Below, piece after piece: positions 51,601 through 60,500 of a stretch of 64,000 nucleotides of DNA (the stretch's first letter is position 1; every line of letters begins with the position of its first letter). Source of the stretch: Candidatus Ozemobacteraceae bacterium. Its GTDB lineage: Bacteria; Muiribacteriota; Ozemobacteria; Ozemobacterales; Ozemobacteraceae. The notes under the pieces are model-generated. The model was given only the letters and a program-made list of their open reading frames with translations. It was not told the origin of the DNA and did no database searches. The DNA lies in assembly GCA_965140445.1 (NCBI GenBank), contig OZ223236.1:2208001-2272000 (forward strand), in the 5' to 3' direction. Made by a program: the position numbers and the translations under genes.

Positions 51601-52835
51601 ACCTTTCAGGGACATTGCAAACTGCTATTGATATTTCTCCCAGGTATCTGTGGGGAACAACCGGGGAAAGTTTGACTAACAACAAAAATGGCAAAGCAAA
51701 CCCAGCTAAAGTTGTTTTGTGGACTGCTAATGATAATCCCTATGCCAATTTAACTACACATGCTAATCTTTCACCTTTGCTGGTGGACAAATACTTTGGA
51801 CTATCTCTTAAGCATAGTATTTCCAAATCAGTTGGAGCATTCAAGCATAACAACGCTATGGGTACAAGTATTCCAGATGGACTGACAGGTGCTTTGCTTA
51901 CAACAGCTAAAAACAAATATAGAAACACAGCCGACGGTGTAAGTAATAAAGCTCCAAATCTTGTAGAGCAAAAGCTTTATCATTACAGCGATTTACCTGC
52001 AGATTGTCCTCTTCCAAAGGTAAGAAGCTGGACTTATAGGAAATATTCAATGCCGGTAAGTGGAATGAACTATTTCCGTCAGGAAGGTTCCTCTTATTAT
52101 CCTGAAATGGCGTATCACTACGCAAATCAATTAAGCAGCTATGTAAATCTTAGATATGGTTTCAATCTAGTAGATTCCTCTGGAAATGCGGGTGGTGACT
52201 TTTTAGATGGTCAGATAGTTGTAAGGGATAACGACAGGCCATTGGCATTTATTCAGGCAAAAGATGATAAGAATACTAATAAACTTATGGTTGGCCCTTG
52301 TAATATATTGCCAACCCATGTAGACGGAAATTGGGCTTGTTTTGCCAAGAATACTGGTCAGTCTGAAGATGAGAACGGTGTCGAAAACTGGACTTTTACT
52401 GATATAAATAATCCCGGAAATTTATTCGGGGTAGATGCCAAGTATAAAATCGTTTCAGCACAAGCTTTTAGTCCAATACTGGCACAGAAAAATACAAACG
52501 AACCTTCAACTTTAGAGATAGATATTCCTGTTACCTTCGAGCCAAAGATGAACGACAATGTTGATAATGTTAAGATCAATAGTTGGGATCTTCGTGATGA
52601 ATCAGGAAACCTGATTAAGAACATTGGTTCTCAGGCTAAATATCTAAACATCTTCAGAGTTGCAGGGAACTATGTTATGGAATTAAATGTTCAGGATGAA
52701 GCGCTTGATTGGCCAGGCAATCCAGATTTGCCAAGAAATGCAAACAAGAAGCCGAATCTAAGAAAACTGAAAATTGTGATTCCAATTTCCTCTTCTCGCT
52801 TAAACATCAGAACTCTGGATAAATCTTATAAATAA
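48669..52835 (+). CDS. Large secreted adhesin-like protein 1 (putative beta-propeller + Ig/PKD-like domains)
   Basis: Signal peptide, 1388 aa, beta-rich; colinear paralogue of 57498 (AVSDQWWQTGGIVYAYDKT, IGRFPSTT, VVRDNDRP shared). Confidence 0.75.
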   Translation: MKVKILFGIVLLAIIFPASLFALNDFYEQNGDAYLLIGDGPVRGIYKLNNLVPGTTPSYLYDGGKAFNLSASMLFSSTTNSIKKELWTFSSDGTTGMHLSDSPLIRKCLTSVHVAPDGPYDSGLHNKIVHIHHNYPGNTGSGVGIHDNKSYPSQYTSSYGYHGNCYPCTWFPSAAPGQPGYYQIQNGRWYHSGDDNDKINSNFTYLRPDWYGTTSPNTIIGAYKMYGFVKCMDGAGFPTRAGWCHKLVRETVQVNEENLKLLSYDVVLKAGPFDRGKAGSVVLASTNTKDTLNECGDPCAPGTGPGTPIPTGNTPILDCLVSGAGRSYMYTRDYGTPNYTLKLNNAPYTSSTIGLPNDLTAVKIGVSSKNATTDWVYILGINKINEWLAQANVPSSGFLKELTDVAVSDQWWQTGGIVYAYDKTIPLVYTFVRNETDGKPCIPDVVDVSGFADLPDSMDADGFGNLYFVSTKRDPENAKGKDEPVFKASQAYAYFKKSTMVPNLYRAKFKQNVYKGVTMLNYYSGKFMDASGDILLGSNLFEQDFLCDPAKIGDKSQWSLCPGTLNRTSAKVSDQYKTEVAVINVCTPPKVTGTTASIDINGPYDKNFNNALTPYNDATQYFFSVENAPDFDNNGVNRNGEATDDPNGNNYIGRFPSTTESNHLLYYWKVVQKKNRYGDPLDNVILEGKVGTKENVLPIMFGPGEYEISVKSSFRFYQYDKMPRGVLADKKGDYLSDLVWAKAQDNTEWAKTKIVVQTYENPNYPGGSCVIMSGKPDNPTGTSYDYHPKLISGNTSSESLLEKTNPADPIGESFVIPQIKGGQVWSFKVRENLANKKAGIDRIATMLLSDPPKPAEPHNNLRWLTDTPKFSWKISLEDPYNKSATLVNISKETNTSYFSVAAGDNAFTIPSEPGNYILRVDASRVYTYDYFEKTFKTLSNGSVITVPEQKTKYVPITIGSQCKVCVLDNTPPSSQLADLSGTLQTAIDISPRYLWGTTGESLTNNKNGKANPAKVVLWTANDNPYANLTTHANLSPLLVDKYFGLSLKHSISKSVGAFKHNNAMGTSIPDGLTGALLTTAKNKYRNTADGVSNKAPNLVEQKLYHYSDLPADCPLPKVRSWTYRKYSMPVSGMNYFRQEGSSYYPEMAYHYANQLSSYVNLRYGFNLVDSSGNAGGDFLDGQIVVRDNDRPLAFIQAKDDKNTNKLMVGPCNILPTHVDGNWACFAKNTGQSEDENGVENWTFTDINNPGNLFGVDAKYKIVSAQAFSPILAQKNTNEPSTLEIDIPVTFEPKMNDNVDNVKINSWDLRDESGNLIKNIGSQAKYLNIFRVAGNYVMELNVQDEALDWPGNPDLPRNANKKPNLRKLKIVIPISSSRLNIRTLDKSYK

Positions 52836-52839
52836 GAAA

Positions 52840-53484
52840 GTGATAAAGAAGCATCTTGCAAAGCTGATTCTAGCTATATGTATTTTTTCCTGTTGTTCAG
52901 CCGAGCTTTGCGCATGTGATGAGTTAGTGCATTTGTGGCAGCCTCTTAAGGATGCCACAAATGCTTCGTTTGTTTCTTCTTTATCAGGTGATATTTTATG
53001 GAGAAAAATCGAAACATTTTGCAAATCAGTTGACGGGAAAATTAGCATAGTCATCAACTCGGGAAAACATGAAAAACTTGCCCTGGATATGCTTTCAGAT
53101 GTAGCTTCCAGGACACAAATAGTTGCTTCCGGGGCAAATAAAGAAAACATATTTCCACGGCTTGAGATTGCTGTTCCAGATGCCAGATCAGATATGAAAA
53201 TGCTGGTTGATATGGTATGTTATTTTGGAATTACAGTTCGGGCATCGATATACAATGAATCTCTTGTGAGATACTGCTTTTTGGGACCAAAAAATAAACT
53301 GGTGTCTATTGACGAATTACCTTTAAAAGTTGGTCTGGAAATAGATTGGGTATATACAGGGAATTTTTTGTGCGGAGGGATTTGTGTACACCGGGTAGCA
53401 ATATTTGATGGAACACAGGTTAATAGCTTTACTCTTTGGACCAAGACCGATCTAGATAAGATCGCAAATAAACAAAATGAATAA
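52840..53484 (+). CDS. Hypothetical secreted protein ('ACD' family, copy 1)
   Basis: Signal peptide, then ACDELVHLWQPLK, similar to the N-terminus of the 63450 ORF. Confidence 0.65.
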   Translation: MIKKHLAKLILAICIFSCCSAELCACDELVHLWQPLKDATNASFVSSLSGDILWRKIETFCKSVDGKISIVINSGKHEKLALDMLSDVASRTQIVASGANKENIFPRLEIAVPDARSDMKMLVDMVCYFGITVRASIYNESLVRYCFLGPKNKLVSIDELPLKVGLEIDWVYTGNFLCGGICVHRVAIFDGTQVNSFTLWTKTDLDKIANKQNE

Positions 53485-54037
53485 TCTTTGTCTAAATAAA
53501 AAATCAGGACTTACGCTAACCGAAATAATGTTGGCTACTATTTTGCTCGCCCTGGCAATTCTTCCCATTGTTGGGATTTTTAGTCAGGGTCATAAGATGA
53601 CGCAAAAGGATATGAGAAGAATTGAGGCTATACATTTTGCTGAATCAACAATGAACAAGCTGTTAAAGTTGCCTTTTGCGCAGGTTCCTGTTGGTCTAAA
53701 GAATGCGAATCTTGTAGCTGCAAGTGGCACAGTTCCTCTTGGAAATGTTACTGGAACTGGGAATTCTGCATTTGCGATAAGCTTAAACGTGACCAATTTC
53801 CCCGTTTCATACTCATATTGTCCAGTTGACATTAATGACCCAGGCTATGACCCTGATAAGAGTGAAACCTGGGTGTTTCTGCCCCCGACTCAAGAAGGAT
53901 CTGTTTTCGACGGTTCAAGTAAGTTTTGTCCCTTTATGGTAAAGCAATATGAGGTAACTGTTAGCTGGCAGGAAAGCAATGGTGTAACTCCTGCTCCGGT
54001 TAGCTTATTAAGCTTGAAAGCAAATCTCGAAGAGTAG
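53477..54037 (+). CDS. Minor pilin / pseudopilin (PilV/GspI-like)
   Basis: Class III signal KKSG|LTLTEIM with E5; C-terminal YEVTVSW. Confidence 0.85.
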   Translation: MNNLCLNKKSGLTLTEIMLATILLALAILPIVGIFSQGHKMTQKDMRRIEAIHFAESTMNKLLKLPFAQVPVGLKNANLVAASGTVPLGNVTGTGNSAFAISLNVTNFPVSYSYCPVDINDPGYDPDKSETWVFLPPTQEGSVFDGSSKFCPFMVKQYEVTVSWQESNGVTPAPVSLLSLKANLEE

Positions 54038-54045
54038 AGCGAATT

Positions 54046-54501
54046 ATGAATAATAATAGAAAAGGAATTGCAGTGGTTATAGTGCTTGTTTTGACAACCA
54101 TGCTTTTAGCTCTGGCTGGTTCATATATTCAACGTTCAAGAACGGCGTCCCCAATAAATGGAAAAGTTTTAGAAAGGGTTCAGGCCGATTTTTGGGGACA
54201 GGGAATTGCCCAGCTTGCCCTGTTAAAATTTAAGCAACTTCCATCTGATTTTTATTTTGCTTATAATTTTTCTGTTCGAGATAAGAGGTTGGCAGTTCCA
54301 GATCCATGGTCTACTTTTCTACTTAGTCCTTTGCAAGGGCATAGAAATACCCCATTTCCGCTAGACTATACAACAAATTGCCGAATTTTAGGGCAAACCA
54401 GATACAAGACAGACTCTATTGAGTTTGAGGTTATTCTTGAAGGTGAAAATCTTCGAAGAAGTGTTAAGCAGACCATTAATTCAACACGGATAAAAAACTG
54501 A
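54046..54501 (+). CDS. Minor pilin lacking E5 (PilX/GspK-like)
   Basis: NRKG|IAVVIVLVL, QADFWGQGI. Confidence 0.8.
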   Translation: MNNNRKGIAVVIVLVLTTMLLALAGSYIQRSRTASPINGKVLERVQADFWGQGIAQLALLKFKQLPSDFYFAYNFSVRDKRLAVPDPWSTFLLSPLQGHRNTPFPLDYTTNCRILGQTRYKTDSIEFEVILEGENLRRSVKQTINSTRIKN

Positions 54502-55253
54502 TGAACTCGAAAAAAGCCTATACACTAGTAGAGATACTTGTCGCTGCCGGGATTCTGGCAATGTTTATGCTTTCTGCATTTATGATTTTTAGACAGTTGA
54601 CTATGACTTATAGGGCCAGCGAATGGAAGGCTTCTCGCCAGAAAGAACTACAGATATTTTTGCAAACCTTGAAAGAAGATTTGGAAAAGGCTAATAGCGC
54701 TTATGTTATTCAAGCAAATGGTGAAGCGAGCAGGATTGATCCCGAAATAAATGTATCTGTAAATTCTCCAGCATTTAATAGTGATGAAACTGGCACCAAT
54801 GATTTAAAAAGCACCGCTGGAAATCAACCTGTGGCATATTTTGCAATTATTAAGCCTGGTGTTGAATTTTCTGAGTTTAGTAACCAGACGAGTGGTAGCT
54901 GGCAAGGCTGCTCATTGGTTCTAACAAAAAGAACTTTGACCTATCAGAGAACGGGCGATCAGACTCGGCATACAAACAATCCCATTCCCATTCCCGGGGC
55001 AGTTTCAACTTTGCCTGGTTCAGGTGTTTCTGCGGGCGGATTGTTTGAACCAAACTTGAGTAATGACTTTTTAAAGACAGTCCAGGATGTTTCGGAAATT
55101 GCTTTTTACTTGATTGAGAATGGTGAAAAAAGGGCATTAAAAGTTGTGGTTACTTGTCAGTTGCAAAAGAGTGGATTACCTTCAAGTATTGTTATGGAAT
55201 CTACAATAGCCAAACTAATGAAAGATACCAAGGTTGTATCGACTGCAATGTAG
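54501..55253 (+). CDS. Minor pilin / pseudopilin (PilW/GspJ-like)
   Basis: KKA|YTLVEILVA, LKEDLEKA. Confidence 0.85.
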   Translation: MNSKKAYTLVEILVAAGILAMFMLSAFMIFRQLTMTYRASEWKASRQKELQIFLQTLKEDLEKANSAYVIQANGEASRIDPEINVSVNSPAFNSDETGTNDLKSTAGNQPVAYFAIIKPGVEFSEFSNQTSGSWQGCSLVLTKRTLTYQRTGDQTRHTNNPIPIPGAVSTLPGSGVSAGGLFEPNLSNDFLKTVQDVSEIAFYLIENGEKRALKVVVTCQLQKSGLPSSIVMESTIAKLMKDTKVVSTAM

Positions 55254-55570
55254 TGGGTTGTCACAAGATCCTAAAAAATCTTTTTACATAGTTCTATTTT
55301 TTACTTTCAATTTTTCAGAGAAAGTTTTTTTCTTTTTCAACCATTTATGAGGCAAAAAAAAATCATTGTAGAAAATAGATTGTTTTTTTAGCTATTAAAA
55401 CGAGTTAAATTATTTTTACAAGCTCCTAAAAGCGTAAAATTCATTTTGAAACAGGTTAGTATTGGTAATTCACCGTAATCTCGAATGCTTTACAAAACTT
55501 TAAAGCTTCAGTGAAGATAAATTTGTAAAAAAAATGTTACTAATAATTCTCTCAAACTTAGAAATAGAGA

Positions 55571-55610
55571 GGGTTGACGGGTTGACCGAAGCATTTATTC
55601 CTGTTAGGCT
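55571..55610 (+). promoter_or_regulatory. Putative sigma70 promoter with tandem 8-bp direct repeat
   Basis: GGGTTGAC x2 (55571-55586); TTGACC-17 nt-TAGGCT with extended TG, upstream of module copy 2. Confidence 0.45.
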
Positions 55611-55668
55611 TTAAGTAAGAAAAAGTATTTTGTAAAAATTGGGGACTGTGTATCTAAATTAAGTTTGA

Positions 55669-56451
55669 ATGGTGGCACATATGTACAGGGGTTTGAAGGT
55701 TTTAATTTTATTTTTGGGAATGTTTGCTTTGCTAAGTTTGCCGTTAAATGCAGCTTCAAAGCCAAAGTTTTCGGGTTTGATACTTGTAGATACAAGACAA
55801 ATGCTTCTTGCGCATCCATTATTCGGTAAGTTTGACCCAAAAACCAGAAGGTTCACTGGGACGAGATCTGAACCTACAAATGGTTTGGCTGGTAGGAGAA
55901 TGATAAAAGCCGAGTTAGATAGCAATCTGAAGGCTTTTGAAAACTTTAAATCAGTGTGGGCAGAAAGACTTCAAAATACTGCCGGGTCACAAAGAAAAAA
56001 ACTGGAGGCCATTTTTCTCAAGGAAAAAACCAGAAAAGAATCCGCTATAAGCGAGTTGCGTCAAAGATATTGGGCAGTTGCTTCATATCCTGGCAGGGAA
56101 GGCCTAACCGAGCCTGGTTCGATTGTGAGCCAGGTTTTTAGCATTTCAAATGATATTCGGGATGTGTTAGTTAAATTGAGGAACAGATACAAGGCCGAAG
56201 CTGTAATAGATGTTTCAAGCCTGCTGCCTCCAGCCCCTGAAAAATATAATGTTGAGCTGGTTCAAAGCAATGCAATGGCTGTATTATTTGCAGGAAGAAA
56301 ATATAACGGAAATATTAATGAGTGGGTTGCTGAAGCCCGCAAATATTGGATGAATCATGGAAATCTTTGGAATCCGTTCATTATTGGAACTGAGGATCGA
56401 AGAAAAGAGGCTGTTGACGAATTAGAGCGGTTTACCCGGGGGAAATATTAA
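55669..56451 (+). CDS. Skp/OmpH-like exported protein A2
   Basis: Signal peptide, LVDTR...AHP...FD...RRF, coiled coil, YKAEAVIDVS, PFIIGTED. Confidence 0.65.
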   Translation: MVAHMYRGLKVLILFLGMFALLSLPLNAASKPKFSGLILVDTRQMLLAHPLFGKFDPKTRRFTGTRSEPTNGLAGRRMIKAELDSNLKAFENFKSVWAERLQNTAGSQRKKLEAIFLKEKTRKESAISELRQRYWAVASYPGREGLTEPGSIVSQVFSISNDIRDVLVKLRNRYKAEAVIDVSSLLPPAPEKYNVELVQSNAMAVLFAGRKYNGNINEWVAEARKYWMNHGNLWNPFIIGTEDRRKEAVDELERFTRGKY

Positions 56452-56452
56452 T

Positions 56453-57508
56453 ATGAGAATTAGAACTTCAATCACATCTTTAGTTATTCTTTTTACCTTG
56501 ATAAGTTGCTTCTGCTATGGTCAGGGCTGGGCAACAATTGATGCAAGATTGCTGATGATATTGCATCCGAGAATGGGTAATTTTGATTATTCCGCAGGTA
56601 GGTTTTTCAGACAGTCTTTTTCTGCTCAAAGAAATGCAAAACTTTACGAAGCTTTAAACAAAGCCACCATGGAAACCGAGCGTAATATGGCGGTTCTTAT
56701 TCGTAAGGAGCAAGCCCTGATAGATAAAAGAGCTGATTTGCTTATCGAAAGAGATACTACGATTAATGATCTTGCTGAAAAGGCTGCGAGTAGCACTTAT
56801 ATCATGAAAGGCAAATACGAACGCGTTGCTGAATATGAAAAGCGCTACGAAAAGAAAATGCAGGCTCTTGATGCTGAACTTGAAGCTCTGTATGCCCAGA
56901 TGGAAAATACCAGAGAGCAGGCTTATTCTCCTGTTTATTTAACAAAGCTGGAAACAACCAATCTTTTAATTGAGATTAAAAGGGAAATAAAACAGCTTAC
57001 TCAGGAAGTTGCTTCTGCTTATAGAATTGGTGTGGTTTTAGACAGCTCTTTCGGATTTCGCCCGGCTAAGAGTGAAACCAAGGATTCAACTGTTTTCTTA
57101 GAGAGCGAAGATTTTGATGTGCTTTCTTCAAGTCTTTTTCATGATTTAATAAGTTTAAAGGTTGATATGCCGCCAAATGTAAATGAAAAGGGAGCAACAC
57201 CAGAGCATGTTGCTTTGGGCAGTGCTTTTGGCAAGCAGGACATCTTAAAGAAAATAATGCAGCTGCGCTCTTATCTAACCCCATTTGCCATGGAATTTAC
57301 TCCAGGATCCATTTTTATTGTTGGTGGGAACGATATTACTGCTTATGTAGCGCAGAAAATTTTTGACCGGTATCAGATTCCACAGACTCTTAAAAATTCT
57401 TATCTAGCTGTTGTGAGGGACTTTTTAAATATCGAAAAGTCAAGCTATCAGGAAAGCCCTCCCAAATATCCAAACGAGGTTTACGAGGGGGTAAACAATG
57501 GAAATTAG
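56453..57508 (+). CDS. Skp/OmpH-like exported protein B2
   Basis: Signal peptide, ATIDAR...LHP...FD...GRF, long coiled coil, EVASAYRIGVVLD, GGNDITAYV. Confidence 0.7.
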   Translation: MRIRTSITSLVILFTLISCFCYGQGWATIDARLLMILHPRMGNFDYSAGRFFRQSFSAQRNAKLYEALNKATMETERNMAVLIRKEQALIDKRADLLIERDTTINDLAEKAASSTYIMKGKYERVAEYEKRYEKKMQALDAELEALYAQMENTREQAYSPVYLTKLETTNLLIEIKREIKQLTQEVASAYRIGVVLDSSFGFRPAKSETKDSTVFLESEDFDVLSSSLFHDLISLKVDMPPNVNEKGATPEHVALGSAFGKQDILKKIMQLRSYLTPFAMEFTPGSIFIVGGNDITAYVAQKIFDRYQIPQTLKNSYLAVVRDFLNIEKSSYQESPPKYPNEVYEGVNNGN

Positions 57509-60500
57509 GCGTTTTTATCTTAAAATTATTCTGTTAGCTCTATTTCTCGCAACTCCATTATTCTGTGGAGCAGATCTTCATCCGTTCTTTAAACAGAACG
57601 GCGACTGCTACCTACTTGTTGGAGAAGGCCCTCATCGTGGTGTTTATGCATTAAACAACTTAACAACCGGGGTTTCCAAAAAACTGTATGATCCTATGGA
57701 TGCATATGGCTTAACTGCTGCTCAGAACTATGCAGGCTCTGTTATTCAAAAATGGTTGTATACATTTTCCGGCACCAATACTGGCTGGGAAAACTTTACA
57801 GGAATGGCTGAAAGAAGAGTTGTTGCAAATGCAACTTGGAATACTTATGCTGCAAATGTTGTTCCGCCGTTTATTGTCCATAGGTGGCATGGTTCTCCTT
57901 TTAACAGCCCCACCGGAAGGGGGAATCACCCACAAAGCACTTTGAATTGGAAGTTTGGTGGATTTGACTATCCTTGTTCTCAGGTCCCGGCAGCAGTGTC
58001 TGGAAAGCCTGGATATTACAAGGTCCAGATGGGTAAATTCTATCACGCCATGGATCGCCCGGTTAAGAGCCCATACGCATATGGTGGGTATTATGGACCG
58101 GGTTATTGGGTTCATTGGGTTGTTCGTGAAAATTCTCTGGTTAAATATAGAGATTTGAAATTGTATGAATACAATGTTACAAGCAAATCCGGTCCAATAG
58201 CAAAATCCAGTTTGCCAAGAGTTAAGATTGAAGAGAAACTCACTCTTGATAAACGTGGAGAGTGCGTTGATGGTTGTATCTCGCAGTCAGATGGTGAGGT
58301 TTTACCAGGTGGTATGACTCCATATCTTGATACGGCTTATGCTTCAAGTATCAGTAAATCTTATCTTTATAGCAGAGAGCCAAATAAAACTGATTACACT
58401 CTTCATGGATACATTTCCGGAAAAGACATTTTAATTGGTAACCCTTCCGATTTAACTACAAAGTTTATTGGAGTCAGTTCAACAAAATACTCGAATTCAA
58501 GTTATCTGTATTGTCTCGGAAAATCAGTTGTGAACAAGTGGATGACTGATGCCGCAGCACCTCCCGGTATGCTTGTAACTGACATTAGCGATTTGGCAGT
58601 TTCTGACCAATGGTGGCAAACTGGCGGGATCGTTTATGCATACGACAAAACTAAGCGTAAAGTTTACAAGTTTGTGCGAAGAGAAGGTTTTGTATCAGGG
58701 GTTCCAGAAGAAATTAGCGTTAATGACGATGGAATTGCACCGGATTCTATTGGAGTTGATGGTTTCGGACATTTATACCTCGTAAAAACCTCTTTCGAAC
58801 CTTTAAAAGCGGTTGATTTCAAACCAAAAGATGCATATCTGGTTGAAGTTAATCCAAAATGGCCTGGTATGTTCAGAGCTTATTTCAAGCAAAATGTTTA
58901 TAAGTCTGTTTATAAGCGAGATTACTATACCAAGAACATAAGTCAGATCCCTGGGAAACTTTTACTCGGATCTAACAAGTTTTACCGTGATTTCAGCGCA
59001 ACGGTTCAGAGCGACTATTCAACCTGGAAATGGCTGGCTGCAGCTGTTCAATACGGACCAGTGGTTCAAACCGAATATAAGACTGAATTGGCTGTAATCA
59101 ACAGTGCTACACCACCTGAAGTTACTAACACAGATGCTGTTTGTGATGTGGTCGGCCCCATGAAGATCAGCGGTACAAGCGTTATCTATGAAGCTAAGCC
59201 AGAATATGCTGAAGACGAATTCTATGTTTTTGACGTGGAAAACAGTCCTGACTTTGACGTTAACGGAGTTAACACTGGTAACTATGGAGATGACGTAGAT
59301 GGAGATTTGAGAATTGGTCGCTTTCCATCAACAACCCATGAGCCTTCAGTTCTTTATTACTGGAAAATCATTCAGTTGAAGGATAGATTCGGAAATGAAG
59401 TTTTCAATGAAGTAATGAACCAGGAAAAAGATGGAACTCCAGGAGATTACAGACTTGTAAAATCTTTCCCTGGCGGCGAATACAAAGTTGGGGTAAAAAC
59501 CAAATATAAGTATTACGATTACAACCTTCTTAAACCAGGAGACATGTCAGATAAAAAAGATACTGTTCTTACGGGTTACAAAATAGCTACCGGCGAAGAT
59601 ACTGATGGTTACTCCTGGGTATCTTTCAAGGTCAAATATTATCCACCACCAGCAGATCCTAAGGGTGAGGGCGTAATTATGACTGGTAAGCCAAAAACGG
59701 CTTCTACATATGATTACAGACCTACTTCAAGCCATGCTCAATACCACAATTATAGCTGGACTGATCCAACACCTACAAAGCCAGTTTATCCAAAATTTGT
59801 AATCAAAGAAGGCGTCTCTAATTGGTCATTCAAAATTAGAGAGTCTTTAACCAATCTTCAAGCTGGAATAGATCGTATTGCTAATATGAAGCTTGCCATT
59901 CCTCCTCATCCAAATCCAGGAGATCCTAAAATTGTACCCGGTTCGATCAAGTGGATCGGAGATTCTCCAAGTTATTCTTATACCTCTGATATCAAGTGGA
60001 TCAATGGCGAAGGGATGAACGTCAGAATTGATACCAACAGGGAGTATATTACAGCTGGAGAAATTGCAAAACTATTCAGAGTTCCTTCCCAGCCTCAAAC
60101 TTATAAGTTGACGGTAAAAGGAAGTAGAGCCTATGAATACAAGCAGTTTATTTATGACTTCAAAAAGAACGAGTGGAAAGACATAAATATTCCAAAAGTA
60201 ATTTCAATCGAAGCAACAGCCTATGTTTATGTAACTGATGAAACTGGGCCAGCAATCAAATTCAATAACCCGTATTATGATGCGACTTCACCAAAACCGG
60301 GCATTGAAGCAGAAAGCCCGGCTTTCTTCTGTTCAACTGGCGTATTGTGGGGAACCACAGGTGAGCACCTGACAAAAACTGATGGTAAGACCAATCCTGC
60401 CACAATTGAGTTTATTGTTGCTGATAACAACCCCAATGCATTTGCGCCAACAGGGACATATAAGGATCAGTTCTTTAATGAAAACGTAATGTCTCATAAT

